Shown in pieces: positions 31,560-43,415 of a stretch of DNA of 64,000 bases. Position numbers and translations under genes: made by a program. Position 1 is the stretch's first letter, and each line of letters begins with the position of its first letter. Under the pieces are notes generated by a model that saw only the letters and a list, made by a program, of their open reading frames with translations, did not search any database and was not told the DNA's origin. Origin of the DNA: Macrostomum hystrix. Its lineage: Eukaryota; Animalia; Platyhelminthes. The stretch is taken from assembly GCA_950097015.1 (NCBI GenBank), contig CATNEN010000007.1:11160001-11224000 (forward strand), read 5' to 3'.

Positions 31560-32458
31560 TTATACCTGAGAAAACCCTCACCCCCACGTGGACTACGTCC
31601 ACCGTGACCTCGCCCACATCGGCCTGAACGATGTGGACTACCGGCCTCCTGGTTTCAAAATCAAGTGAGGCTTTGCCGCCGCCATCCCTGACCAGATCGA
31701 CGTCGGTGTCAACCAGTGGAGCCAATGGATACACTGCTTCATCAACGGCTCGCTAACAAACGGCGTAGCGGAGCGGGTATCGCGCCATCAATGAGTGCGC
31801 TAAACACCTCACTAAGACGAATATCTGTAATCAGTCTATTTACATGTACTACGACAGTCAAGCCGCCATCAAGGCGCTGACTGCTGTTAAAATTACCAGA
31901 AAGACGGTGGCAGACATGCAAACCCTGGCGGTCCTCAACAGGGTCAACCTCATCATGACCCCGGGCACAGCGAACATTCTTGGCAACGAGCTCATGGATC
32001 AGCTCGCCAAGGATGGTAACAATCCTGGAAGCGGCCATCGGGTGATCCGACTCCCGGTGCCAAGGACAATGATTTCCCGCACTGTTGAGAAGTGGCTCAG
32101 GCGTCAGCACCAGACCCTCTGGAGCGGCATCCACAACTACAGACAAGACCGTTCCGCGATGCCTGAAATCAACCGAAAAGTTCAATTTGATTAAATGTTG
32201 TCTCACAGAACTGACCTCAGGGAGATGTCCACGGTCATCACGGGTCATGACTTCTTCCAGAGACATCTCCAAATTGTGTGCACCTCCACCTGCCCTTTTT
32301 GCGGCTAGGTGAGGATACTGCGGAGCGTCACATTATGCCCGGTTTTCGAGAAAGAGCACTCCGGAGTAGACCACTCCGGAGAGGATCCGAGAGCTCCACG
32401 CCTTCTTCATTCGACACACCGGCCGGATGAAGATCGCCAAAGCTGACCCAGCGAACCT
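31560..32458 (+). mobile_element. Old non-LTR retrotransposon remnant (RNase H/3' end); probably continues at 40291-40400
   Basis: YYDSQAAIKAL...PGTANILGNELMDQLAKDG RNase H motifs, followed by degenerate C-terminal sequence. Confidence 0.7.
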
Positions 32459-32505
32459 GCCTGCTGCTGCTGTTGTTGTTGTTGGGGCAAGAGGCGCCGA
32501 GTGAG

Positions 32506-35500
32506 CTACCAGCTCCGTCTCGCCAGCGCCACCGACCTAGCGGGGTCGGACGTCAGCACACTAAGATTGAGGTCATCACTGTCGAAAGTAGCCAGTCTCT
32601 CCCTGCGGAGGGCCGGGCATTGAAGCCAGTGTTCCACGTCTTCCGGGGCCATACCGCAACGGAGACAGGTGGGGTCGGCGTGCGGGTTGATGACGCTGCT
32701 ATAGGCCCGCAGAAGGCTGCAGTGGCCCGAACGCAGCCTGGCCAGGAGCACCGCGTCCTGACGGGTGCGAATCTCAGCCCTGTCCCGCTGGCGGTCCAGG
32801 GCGCCGTAGACGGCAGCTGTCCGGGCATGTCTGATGGGCGGGTCTGCAATGTGACGTCGGGCGGCCGTCATCGCACTCCACATCGAAATTGGCGCGCTGG
32901 TGTTGTCGGCAGGAGCAGCAGCCGCCTGCTTGGCCGCCTCATCGGCTAGCTCGTTACCAGCCAGCCCGCAGTGCCCCGGGACCCACTGGAGCATGAGAGC
33001 GGCCGCTGGAGTGCGAAGATCCGGGAGGGCGCTGCGCGCTGGGGCTTTCCCAGCCAGGGCCGACAGCAGAGATCTGCTGTCGCTGCAGATGACGACACGT
33101 CCTGCAATTTCGTGCCGTCGGATCCAGGTGGTAGCCAAACTGAGCGCGCGGCACTCTTCATCATACGAGCAGGTGATGCGACTGCCCTTGGCCATGATGG
33201 TGTCCAGCACCTCAGGTGCGGCCGGGTCACCGCGGGTGACGACGGCAGCGGCGCCACCATCGGAGCAGCCGCCTAGGGCCGACCCATCAGTGTAAATGAC
33301 CAGGTCGGCCTCATAGCGGCGGATGGCCGCCTCAACGCAGAGCCGTCCCGACATGTCGTCTTGGCTTGTGTCGACATCTACCGCCCCGACGAGATCGCAG
33401 GTCACGTTGAGGCCCGCAGCTCGAGGCACCCACGGGCAGCTGGGCAGGTGGGGTAGCATCTCGCGATGATCCAAATCGTCTGGGAGCTTGGCTAGCAGTT
33501 CAACGGCCCTTTTACGCCAGCTTCCCCTAGCAGTGCGATGCGCGACGACAGGCACGGCAGCCATACGCCGCGGGTGGTCAGCTGGCAGACGCAGAGCTTT
33601 CTCGTATGCGGCAAGGCAAAGCTGGTCCCTGGTGGTGGCAACGGTACAAATTCCTGCCTCGAGGTGAAGGGCCTTAGTAGGCGTGGAACGCAGCTGTCCG
33701 GTGACAATGCGGAGCGCGTTGTTCTGCGCACGTTGCAGCCGCGCAACCGCGGAGTCGGCCAACCAGGGTTGCCAGGCCGGAGCAGCGTAGTGGAGCACGC
33801 TCATCTGGAGTGCCTTGAAGGTCCGGAGGAGGCTCTCTTTAGGCCAGCCCCACGCCCTCGCAGACAGGCACGCCAGAATACGGCACCGTTTGCCGATCGC
33901 GCGGCAGACCTCGTCCACCTGCTTGCGGAAGGCCAGAGAGCGGTCAAGGTGAACTCCAAGGAACCGCGGGCTGTCGTTGAAAGGCATGTTCTCCCCGTTC
34001 AGGGTGATAGAGGGCTGCCAGGCAGCCTCGTGCGTGTCCGTGGAGAAGAAGGCGCACTCGCTTTTAGTGGGGTTGAGCACCATCTTGCGGCTGGCGCTCC
34101 AATCGGCAATGCGGGTGACGGCTTCCTGAACCTGGGCCGCCGCCGTGATTTTAGAGTGGTGCTGGCTGCGGACGGCAATGTCGTCGGCGTACAAGGAGAC
34201 ACGAACCTCTGGTGGGATGGTCTGCACGACCGGATCGAGGAACAGGATGAAGAGGAGGGGGGCGATCACCGAGCCCTGTGGCAGCCCCTGGCGCAGCCTG
34301 TGGAACCGACTGACCTCGCCTTGGAGGCACACCCTGGCCTCGCGATTCTGCAGGAAGGAGTGGATCCAGCGGACGTAGGTGCCTGGGACGCCCTTCTCAA
34401 TCAAAGTAATCAGCAGCCTCTCACGCCAGACTTTATCATAGGCCTTGCTGTAGTCCTGGAAAGCCATGACGGAGCGCAGCATTGGGGAGCTTTGGAATCC
34501 ATCGCTGATGCCCTGCACCACGTTGAGCACCTGATCTTCGCAACTGTGGAATCGCCGAAAGCTTGCCTGCTGCGGAGCCAGCCATCCCCGGGATTCGGCC
34601 ATGTAGTACAACCGAGCTGTGATGATGCGCTCCAAGAGCTTTACCATGCAAGAGGTCAAGCTGACTGGGCGGAAGGATACCATGTCACTCGCTGGTTTGT
34701 CACGTTTGAGGAGTGGGATGATGGTCGCCCTCCTCCAGGCTTGCACACATTGCCCGGTCTTGAAGGAACGGTTGAAGATTTCCAACAGCTCGCGCCTTGC
34801 CAAAGGTCCAAGGGCCTTGAGGAAGCGTGGCGAGATGTCGTCCGGGCCGCAGGCTCCATTAGCCCGCTGGTGTTCAATTGCCGCCTCAAGTTCCACCATG
34901 GTGATGTCGCTGCAGCTGTCATCGTCGCCGCCACAGTTGCGCGTGGCCTCCTTTGCACTACGGTTGAGCTCACGATCGGCCTTGCTGAACGTCAGCCGGT
35001 TGACCGCTGCGTAGTGCTTAGCAAATAGCTCCGCCTTGGCGCGATTATCGCAGAAGACCTTGCCCTGGTGCACCAGAGCTTCGTTAGCTTGGTTGTCATC
35101 GGGTGTCCCGCTGAGGCTCCTGATGAGCCGCCAGGCCTTGGGGGCGTCGTGGCACAAGTCCGCATCCGCGAGAAAATCCTGCCAGCAGCGTTCTTTGCCT
35201 TCTTTGATGAGGAGCGCTGCTTCGGCAGACGCCTGTAACCATTCCTCTCGGTGACTGCCAACCAACCGGCGGAGGCAATTGCGGCGGCGGATGGCTGCAC
35301 GCGCCTGATGTGACAGCCAGGGCCGCGCTGTGCGTTTGTAGGTCGTTTTCCCGACATGACGAAATGCGGCGTCGATGATGGCCTTGGTCAGGCGCTGCAC
35401 CCGCTGTGTCAGAGAGACCCCCGAGCTCCTGAAGTCAGCCACCTGATTCTCGGCATCCTCCGTGAAAGCTTGCCAGTTGACTCCGTTCTTGCGCCATGCG

Positions 35501-37055
35501 CGTCTGGGCGCACGGGCGATAGTGGCGGCGGCGCAGCGAAGCCGGACAAAGATAGGGAGGTGATCCGAGCCAAGGTCGTCCTGCACGCTCCATTCAGCCT
35601 TGTCGTGCCAGTCTGCACGGCACAGCGTGACATCGGGGGAGCTGAGGCCACCGGTACCGCGATTGACCCTGGTCGGGTCGCCGTCGTTGAGCACCGCGAG
35701 CGCCCGGCCAGTGGCCCAGTCCATGAGAGCGTCCCCTCTAGCATCCGTGGGCTGCTCAGTGTCCCAGAGGGGAGCATGAGCGTTGAAGTCGCCGCAGATG
35801 ACATCAGCCCCCGCCGGGATAGTCTGCCAGAGAGCGTCCACATCCTCTCCACCATTGCGGTTTGGCGGGGCGTACACATTGTCCAGGTCCAGGGTCTTCT
35901 TGGGGCCCAGGTAAATGTGCACCCGCAGCATCTCGATCGCGCTGGCAGGCTTGGAAGGGACCTGCTTGAAGGCCAGGCGCTCGTGCACCAGCGTGAGCAG
36001 GCCTCCACCTCCATCCGCCTCGGTACGGTCCGCCCGGACAACAGCATATCCCGGGAAACGAGGCGTAATATCTTGAGAGCGCAGCTTGGTTTCCTGTATC
36101 GCCACTACATCAGCCCTGCACGTGTTGATGCGGTCGAGCAGCTCCGGTACCTTGGCGAGGAGCCCGTCAGCGTTCCACTGCAGAATGTTGAGGGCGCTGA
36201 TACGGTCAGTGGTGGAGAGGCGGATACAGGGCGCCATCTCGTCCGGCGCAGGCTCAGTGTCTTGACCAGGCCCCATAACGCACTTGCCGCACTGCCAGGC
36301 TTGGCGGGCCAGCGCAAACTCGGCGGCCTTGCGCGGGAGACCAGAGCAGGACTTGTGATACGCAGCCTGGCACGTGCTGCAGTGAATCGGGTTGATGTTG
36401 GTCGCCACCCGACGGCCGCATCCCCCACAACAGCGTGGCGCGGCCGGGGAGCCTTGGCGATTGCCGTTCTGGTTGGCACCAGTGGCGCGTCCGACCAGGG
36501 AGGCTGCCGTGGGCACCGGCACATGCTCGGGGCATAGCCAGCGCGGGCACCCCCTGTACCGCGGGATGCCACTGCACGCCGTGGTCCGATGACACCAGGC
36601 GTCGCAATTATCTTGGTCGCATTTGAGGGGGAGCGTGCCTTGGCGGATGGCCCTAGCACAGGTGCGGCAGACCGCCGGGTTCCCAGGCCGTCGCTCTCTG
36701 TCGGCGTTGGCAGGCGTCGGGCGGTCCGCCCTAGTCCCTGCTGCCAGGTGATCTTGACAGCGCCAGGTGCCATGGTCCTGGTACCGGCGACGGCCACTGC
36801 ACGACTCCTGCTTATGGCACTGGTGCGCGCAATTTTCCACCGCGCACTTGAGAGGCACGATGTCGCTCCTGAATGACCGACCACAGGCGTAGCAACCTTC
36901 CGGTGGGGGGCCAGGGTTAACTTCCACGCCCCCCGCACGCAACAGGAGGGTGGCCAGGCAGAAGAAGAGCTGAGTGAAAGAACAAAAACGAGACTGAAGT
37001 CGCTGACGTCCAACCCGCTCCGCGGCCGCGCCTGGGGCGCGTGCCGGGTAGGTTG
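32506..37055 (-). CDS. LINE polyprotein: 2A-like motif, 3 PHD-like fingers, APE endonuclease, RT, RNase H, CCHC; first 19 nt lie at 40173-40155 beyond the LTR insertion
   Basis: QWNADG/QET/GDFNAH/SDH (APE); LYADD (RT); IYTDGS/WVPGH/GNELAD (RNase H); CLRC...EHWLQC; removing the LTR element and one TSD restores in-frame MLNSRQPTYPAR...LLLRAGGVEVNPGP. Confidence 0.92.
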
Positions 37056-37458
37056 TGTAATAAAGTCAGCGTGGCTTGCAGAGAGAGAAGTTCTTCAGAG
37101 CAGGCCAAGCCTAGCTCTCTAAATAAATATAAGTTTATTTCTCAGCCTGACCAGGCTGACCAATCAGCCGCTACCTCTGGGCGTGCACGCGCTCCAGAGT
37201 ACTCACATGCGCGAGTACATTGCGAGAGAGAGAGAGAAAAATAACACCCTCAATCCCCTACTCTGCACTGATAGCGAAACGCAGTCACCACATCCCTCCA
37301 CACGTAGACGAAAAAGAAGCAAAAAAAAGGAACAAAAAAAAGAAAAGAAAATGCATCCCAGCACCACGACAACAATAACAAAAAAAATCGAAGGAGCAAC
37401 CACCACGCGAAAGCTGTAGAAAAAAAGTCTGTCAAGAAAAAATAATAAAAAAACACAT

Positions 37459-38960
37459 TCAGCTGTACGTCAACCTGTCCGGGCATTTTCGGCTCCTCTG
37501 TGAACGCCGCGCCTGTGGAGTCGGAGGAAGCGGCGGCTGCATGGGCGGCGGCGGCGCGGTCGGTGGCTGGGTGGGCGACGGCGGCGGGGGCGGCAGTAGC
37601 GGCGGAACCTCTGCCTCAGCCGATTCATAGCGCAGGTCGTCATTTATTGGCTGTTCCGTGCTTCCTGAGGTCCGCGGTTCGATGCCTGCAGAGGCTACAT
37701 GGTCGGCGTGGCGGCGTACAATGCGATCATCAGGCAGCCGGCACTCGTAGGACAAAGGCGCCGTTTGACGGCTGATGCTGGCCGGCAGCCACTTCTGCTG
37801 ACCCGTGAAATCCCGCACTACGACGTCGTCGCCTTCCTCGAAGGACCTCGATCTGGCGCGCCTGTCGTGTTGTAGCTTCTGTGCTTCCTGTCGCCGCGTG
37901 ACCACAGCCGAGACGTCCGGACGTACCAGATCCAGCAGCGTTCGCAGAGGCCGGCCCATCATCAGCTGGCTCGGCGGAACGCCCGTCGTGCTGTGCGGAG
38001 TCACCCGGTAGGTCAGCAGGAACCTAGCGAGCCGAGTCTGCAGAGCCGCCGGCCGTCCCTTCACCAGAGCCGCCTTCACTGTTTGTACCGCGCGTTCTGC
38101 CAGGCCGTTGGACGCCGGATGATAAGGCGACACCTTGACATGCCGGATGCCGTTGCTGCTCATGAAGCTCTCCATCTCCTGGCTCACGAAGTTGGGACCG
38201 TTGTCCGTCACCACGACCTCCGGCAGGCCCAACTGGCTGAAAGTCCGCCGGAGCCTATCGATTGTAGCGGAGCTGGTCGCGGACTGGCAGATGTGCACCT
38301 CGATCCACTTGGAATGCGCATCGACCAGAATCAGCAACATCTTGCCTTCGAACGGTCCAGCGTAGTCCATGTGGACCCTTGACCACGGTCTGTCAGGCCA
38401 GGGCCAGGGCTGCAGCGGCGCAGGAGGTGGGCTTTGCTGATGCAGTTTGCACTGCCGGCAGTGCTGCGAGAGCCGCTCGATGTCACCGTCCATTCCCGGC
38501 CACCAAAAATAGTTCCTGGCCAGCGACTTCAGCTTGGACGCTCCTAGGTGACTTTGGTGCAGACACTCGAGCAGCGCCAGGCGTCCCTGAACCGGCACCA
38601 CCACTCTGGTGCCCCAAAGCAGGCAGCCGTCCTCCACGCTCAGTTCCGCAGCTCGAGAGGCAAACGGCCGCAGATCTTCGCTCCATCGCCGATCCTCCGG
38701 CCAGCCTTCTTGCACGAACCTGAGCACTCGACCGAGCAGCGGGTCTCGCCGTGTCCAGCAGCGAACTTGAGCCGCAGTCACTGGGCCCTCGTTGAACGAG
38801 TCGATCAGCAGTACCACCTCAGCCGGCGCCGGCGCATCCGCTGGCTTGGACGGCAGCGGCAACCGGCTCAGCGCATCCGCCCGCAGCAGGGTGGCGCCCT
38901 TGCGGTACTGCAGTCGATAGGAGTAGCTGGACAGCAGCAGAGCCCAGCGCTGAATCCTGG
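37459..38960 (-). CDS. Gypsy pol remnant: RNase H tail + integrase
   Basis: RIQRWALLLSSYSY...ADALSRLP; HHCC zinc finger; RVHMDYAGPF, TDNGPNF and SNGLAER DDE motifs. Confidence 0.9.
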
Positions 38961-39009
38961 TAGACTTTGGCTGAGATTAGCGACACCGCGGCGCCCGTGT
39001 CGATCTCCA

Positions 39010-39894
39010 TCAGGCAGGACACGCGTTGATCCGTACCGTGGTCAAGTAGGGTGGCACCTTTGCTGCAACGCTGGGCACGGTGTTAAGGGAACTGCAGTCC
39101 TCGTCTTCTGCTTCTTGCACGGCGCCCACGCGGGGCTTGGAGTCCGCACCCGATGCTCCGGCGCCTCTACGGCAAGCAGCTGCGGTGTGCCCGAGCTTGC
39201 CGCACTTGAAGCATCCCTTCTTGATGAACGGGCACCTGTCCGCCAGATGTCGAGTCGACAAGCACCGGAAGCACTTCTGTGGGGCTCGACCGGATCCGGT
39301 CGCCTTGGCCTGGTCGACTCGATCGACTGAAGTAGCCGCCGCTGGGCCAGCCGCCTCCTGTGAGCTCCTGACGACCGTGCAGCCTTTTTCCGCCAGCTCC
39401 ACCGCTTGAGCGATCTTCAGCGCCTTCTCGAGATCCAGCCCCGGCTCCGACAGCAGTCTGCGCTGGATCCGATCGTCCTGGATGCCGAGCACCAGCCGAT
39501 CCCTGAGCATCGACTGCAAGCTGTTTCCGAACTTGCAATCCGCGGCCAGACGCCGCAAACTGGCCAGGAAATCCGCCACTGACTCGGTGCTGGCCCTCAC
39601 GCGCTGATAGAAATGAAAACGCTGCCCAATTTCAGAAGGCTCCGGCTTCCAGTGCTCCTTTAGCTTTTGGCAAATGTTTGCGTAGCTCGTCTCCGATGGC
39701 TTTTCCGGGGCCAGCAGGCTGCAAATCAGCTTGAATGTCTCCTTGCCACAGACACTGAGGAAGACAGCTCGCTTTTTGTCTTCGGACTCTATGTCGCTTG
39801 CAATGAAAACTTGCTCCACTCTTTCCTTGTACTGCAGCCAGTCCTCATTTTCAGGCTCAAATGGACCGATGCTACACAGTAGGCCAGTGGCCAT
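39010..39894 (-). CDS. Gag with two CCHC zinc knuckles
   Basis: IGPFEPENEDWLQYKERVEQVF; CFRCLSTRHLADRC; CFKCGKLGHTAAAC; followed out of frame by protease MEIDTGAAVSLIS. Confidence 0.9.
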   Translation of the reverse strand: MATGLLCSIGPFEPENEDWLQYKERVEQVFIASDIESEDKKRAVFLSVCGKETFKLICSLLAPEKPSETSYANICQKLKEHWKPEPSEIGQRFHFYQRVRASTESVADFLASLRRLAADCKFGNSLQSMLRDRLVLGIQDDRIQRRLLSEPGLDLEKALKIAQAVELAEKGCTVVRSSQEAAGPAAATSVDRVDQAKATGSGRAPQKCFRCLSTRHLADRCPFIKKGCFKCGKLGHTAAACRRGAGASGADSKPRVGAVQEAEDEDCSSLNTVPSVAAKVPPYLTTVRINACPA

Positions 39895-40167
39895 TAGTCA
39901 CCTCGTTGCCACTGTAATAAAGTCAGCGTGGCTTGCAGAGAGAGAAGTTCTTCAGAGCAGGCCAAGCCTAGCTCTCTAAATAAATATAAGTTTATTTCTC
40001 AGCCTGACCAGGCTGACCAATCAGCCGCTACCTCTGGGCGTGCACGCGCTCCAGAGTACTCACATGCGCGAGTACATTGCGAGAGAGAGAGAGAAAAATA
40101 ACACCCTCAATCCCCTACTCTGCACTGATAGCGAAACGCAGTCACCACAGGTTGGTTGCCTAGAGTT

Positions 40168-40265
40168 GAGCATCTTGGTGCGGCCGGGTTGCCCCGACCA
40201 TCCGGGTCGCCACGAAGAGGCGATGCTCGTGACCGCGGCCCCCGTCCGGGGGCCACCCGACCCTG
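40168..40265 (-). ncRNA. Putative HDV-like self-cleaving ribozyme at the LINE 5' end
   Basis: P2 GAGCAUC/GAUGCUC; P3 GCC/GGC with L3 UCUUCGU; P1' GACCC(GG) pairing with upstream GGGUC; P4 with GCAA loop; J4/2 ...CCAA; P1 register ambiguous. Confidence 0.65.
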
Positions 40266-41266
40266 TTGGGCCGGCGGCCTGCTGCTGCTGGCGCAGGGTG
40301 GGCGCACCCCCAGGGCTGAGCCCCTTCTCTTTTGCCCTGAGTTTGCGATTGGGGCCTCACGGCCTATTCGTGGCGTTCCGCCCCTCACCGGTAGTAAGTA
40401 TGCACGAATGTCTCAGCTCAGGGTTGCAGGTGCACGCATGCTCGCTTTTGGTAAAACTTATACATACTTTTTGTAGTTTCGTTAGCCATTTTTCAGCTTT
40501 GAAGCTCAAGAACTGGTAGGAAAGAAAAGTTTCCTTCTCAAGGACACGAGTTGTTTCAGTTGTTTTATAGTCGGCAACTATCGGGACCACATTTGCCATT
40601 AAAAATTGGTGACATGCAATTACTGTTCGAAGCCTGAGTTCGTAAGCGCAAGTATTCATAGACCGCTCCATTCTCTTGGCCCTGAAGCATGAGTATCAAC
40701 GGGAGAGAGGCACAATCTATTTGAAACAGCTGCAGCTGCATTAGCAGCAACGCATTTGGTAGCTTAAACGAGTGTCAATTCGCAATTCAAGCAAGGTAGG
40801 TTTAAAGCGCATGGGCATGTATCAATTGTACTCATGAGAATAGAGAGAACAAAGCCAGCTGCGTCTCATTTGCAAGACTGCGCGACAATAGCACGGGGCT
40901 GATTGAGAGTGAAGCTAAATACACCTAAATGGGGGGTGAGTAATTCACTAAATAAGAGCTAAGTGTAAAAAAGACCCTTCCAGTATCATTTATGGCGGCC
41001 TTTGTCTCAAAACCTGCGAGATCTATACGAGCGTATTACCTGTAAATTTCAATACACAGTTGTAATACCTTGGTCCTGGTCTGTAACTTAAAAGCTCAAA
41101 TCAAATACTTGATATATCACAAATAGAGGCATGCATTCATCTGTCTTTAGAAAATGTAGTACGATTCCAAACATTTTTACGAGGGTTGCCGCTCACGTAG
41201 AAAATTCATAGGATTTCACCAAAACGAAAAGGACCAATTGTTAAATTTGGTATAAAAATCAGTCAG

Positions 41267-42409
41267 TTAGGCCAATTTTACAAAGTCCTTGTGCACCCAC
41301 AGCACGTCGATGTTGTCCCACTGGCTAACCTGCGCCATGTCCAGAGCCTGCAGTCCCGGTGCGCGACCCGCCTTGTAGCCCCGCTTCGTGAAGAAGTCCA
41401 CTACTGTGGCGGGGTCACCGCGGGACATGAACGGCTTCGACCACTCCATCTGTACCGCCACTACAAGCCGCAGGTCGAACAGGTTGCCCGAGGTGCGCAG
41501 AAAGTCCGTCTCACCGCCCTGAATGTCCATCTTCATGACGACGTGCTTGGTGCGGACAAGGCTGGACAGTCTCTCACTGCGCATGGGCATGATGGGCACC
41601 GTGTCCGGCAGTTGGGCGTCCAGCTTGCCGGCACCGCCGACGTTGCAGTCGGACAGGAAGCTCAGGTACTTGAGCTGCTGGGTGGTGGTGATGAAGTTCC
41701 ACACGAGGCTGGTTCCGCCCAGACCTGAAGCGTTGAGGCTGAGGTGCAGACGCAACAGGTTGCGGATATTTGCATCCAGAGCAACCACAGGCAGGCCGAC
41801 CTTTGCAGCCTGGATGCTGTACACACCGATGTTGCTGCCGATGTCCATGAAGGTCGTATCGGGCACCTTGAGAGCGAGGCGCAGGATGGAGTGCACAAGT
41901 CCAGCTTCCCAAGTCTTTCCGCTCCTGATGGCATTGCTGATGTAGTCGTTTCCCTTGTAAGCAAAGATCCGCAAAGAAGCTCGATTCATGTCCACAAGCT
42001 CGAGAACCTCGGCACTCCGTCTTGTGATGTCCAGCAGCTGCTCCGGAAACGGAGTCTTCACAGCGCACAGCGGGTAGCCGTCCTGGTACCGCTTGTAGGC
42101 CTCCGAGTCTCGGCACAGCTTGTTTCGCAGCACCGTGTTGAGAAAGTCCACTCGACGAAACTCCTGGTACATTGGGCACTGAACCTCCACCGGGTCCACC
42201 GGCTCTGTGGATCTGAGGCTGTCGGCGACCAGCTTGTTGAGCAGCTTCTCATCATCATCTCTTTGCTGCGCCTTGGCTCCTTTAAAGAGGCTGTCTGCAA
42301 TCTTCTCGTGACCGCCACTGATTCCCGCGAGCACGTAGATGAGAAGGCAGAGCAGGACTCCAGCAAAGAACGCGAGCATGCGGTGCGAGCACAGCTCCCT
42401 GACTGCCAT
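41267..42409 (-). CDS. FkbM-type methyltransferase, copy 2 (380 aa)
   Basis: Near-identical to copy 1 except one internal patch and the last residues. Confidence 0.9.
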   Translation of the reverse strand: MAVRELCSHRMLAFFAGVLLCLLIYVLAGISGGHEKIADSLFKGAKAQQRDDDEKLLNKLVADSLRSTEPVDPVEVQCPMYQEFRRVDFLNTVLRNKLCRDSEAYKRYQDGYPLCAVKTPFPEQLLDITRRSAEVLELVDMNRASLRIFAYKGNDYISNAIRSGKTWEAGLVHSILRLALKVPDTTFMDIGSNIGVYSIQAAKVGLPVVALDANIRNLLRLHLSLNASGLGGTSLVWNFITTTQQLKYLSFLSDCNVGGAGKLDAQLPDTVPIMPMRSERLSSLVRTKHVVMKMDIQGGETDFLRTSGNLFDLRLVVAVQMEWSKPFMSRGDPATVVDFFTKRGYKAGRAPGLQALDMAQVSQWDNIDVLWVHKDFVKLA

Positions 42410-43415
42410 TGCGGAATTTCAGCTGTTGAGTTTCACTCGAACAATCGTCAGCCTGAGGGAGAAAGTGACAGGTCCACGATCGTGTTTTATTAGGCTTCAC
42501 GCAAGGTGTGACTGGACTATTGATAAGCAATGCTGAGTGTCTTCTGTTATCTACGGCTCAGATAAAGTCAGATGTTTTCTGACATGTTAGCTCGTACCTG
42601 CACTTTCTGACGATATATGAAGTGATAGTGCAAATTTAAACCAGATGCCTTAGTCAAAGAGTATTGAGGTCGCCTAGTATAGAGTGCCAATAAGGACGAA
42701 AATCTGAATCTGATTTCCACCCACCCCCTCCGGTCACCAAGCTTTTTAGTCTAACGCACAAGTTGTGAGTAGGGAGTTCAGGGATTTAAATTTGCGTACT
42801 TCACGCAAAGTCTGAACGAATTTTAAGAAACTGTCTCGATCTCACGCAAGGCGTAAAGTTGTATCGTAAGACCGACCTTACAATAGAATGATAGAACTTA
42901 CTCAAGTTTGGAGAAATATTCCCAGGGCTTCCGCTTTTCTAAATGCCAAGTGATGAGTGATTTAGATTGTCTCACCTGGCTGGAGCAGAACTTGGCGACA
43001 GAATGCGGGAATCGAGCAAGGCTTGGCAGAACCCACCCTCAGCTGGGCCTGTACACTGTGCTTTTATACGCTTCCCGTCTCACCTTCTCTCCCCGCTCTA
43101 TGCAACACCCCTCTCCTTCCGTGCGCAGTTTTTCATGCATTCATTTTGTCTACAGGAAACAACGGATTCACACAAGCTCTGGGCGGCTGGCATTCATTGG
43201 ATAGCCCACAAACCAGGGAATATCTTGGTCTGTGGAATAGCCTCAGGCATGAAGCTCTGAACCCGCCAAACCCCCGCAATTTTTTTCGCAATTTCGAAAA
43301 GTTTTTTGTTGATAGATATTGATGTTTTCTACAAGTCAAGCAACATTTCGCTAAAATTAAAAAAAGTTTTCTGCATTACAACTTTCTAAGTGCACAATTT
43401 TTGTGAATTTAACAA

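Larger units (their letters stand above)
37056..40149 (-). mobile_element. Ty3/Gypsy (Mag-like) LTR retrotransposon, internally deleted for RT and most of RNase H
   Basis: 237-bp LTRs at 37056-37292 and 39913-40149 (TG...CA, identical by eye); 5-bp TSD GGTTG; PBS TGGCAACGAGG; purine tract next to the 3' LTR. Confidence 0.95.
32473..40276 (-). mobile_element. Full-length single-ORF Ingi/I-group LINE, interrupted near its 5' end by an LTR element
   Basis: 14-bp TSD GCCTGCTGCTGCTG (32459-32472, 40277-40290); (CAA)n tail; ORF with APE, RT and RNase H. Confidence 0.88.
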
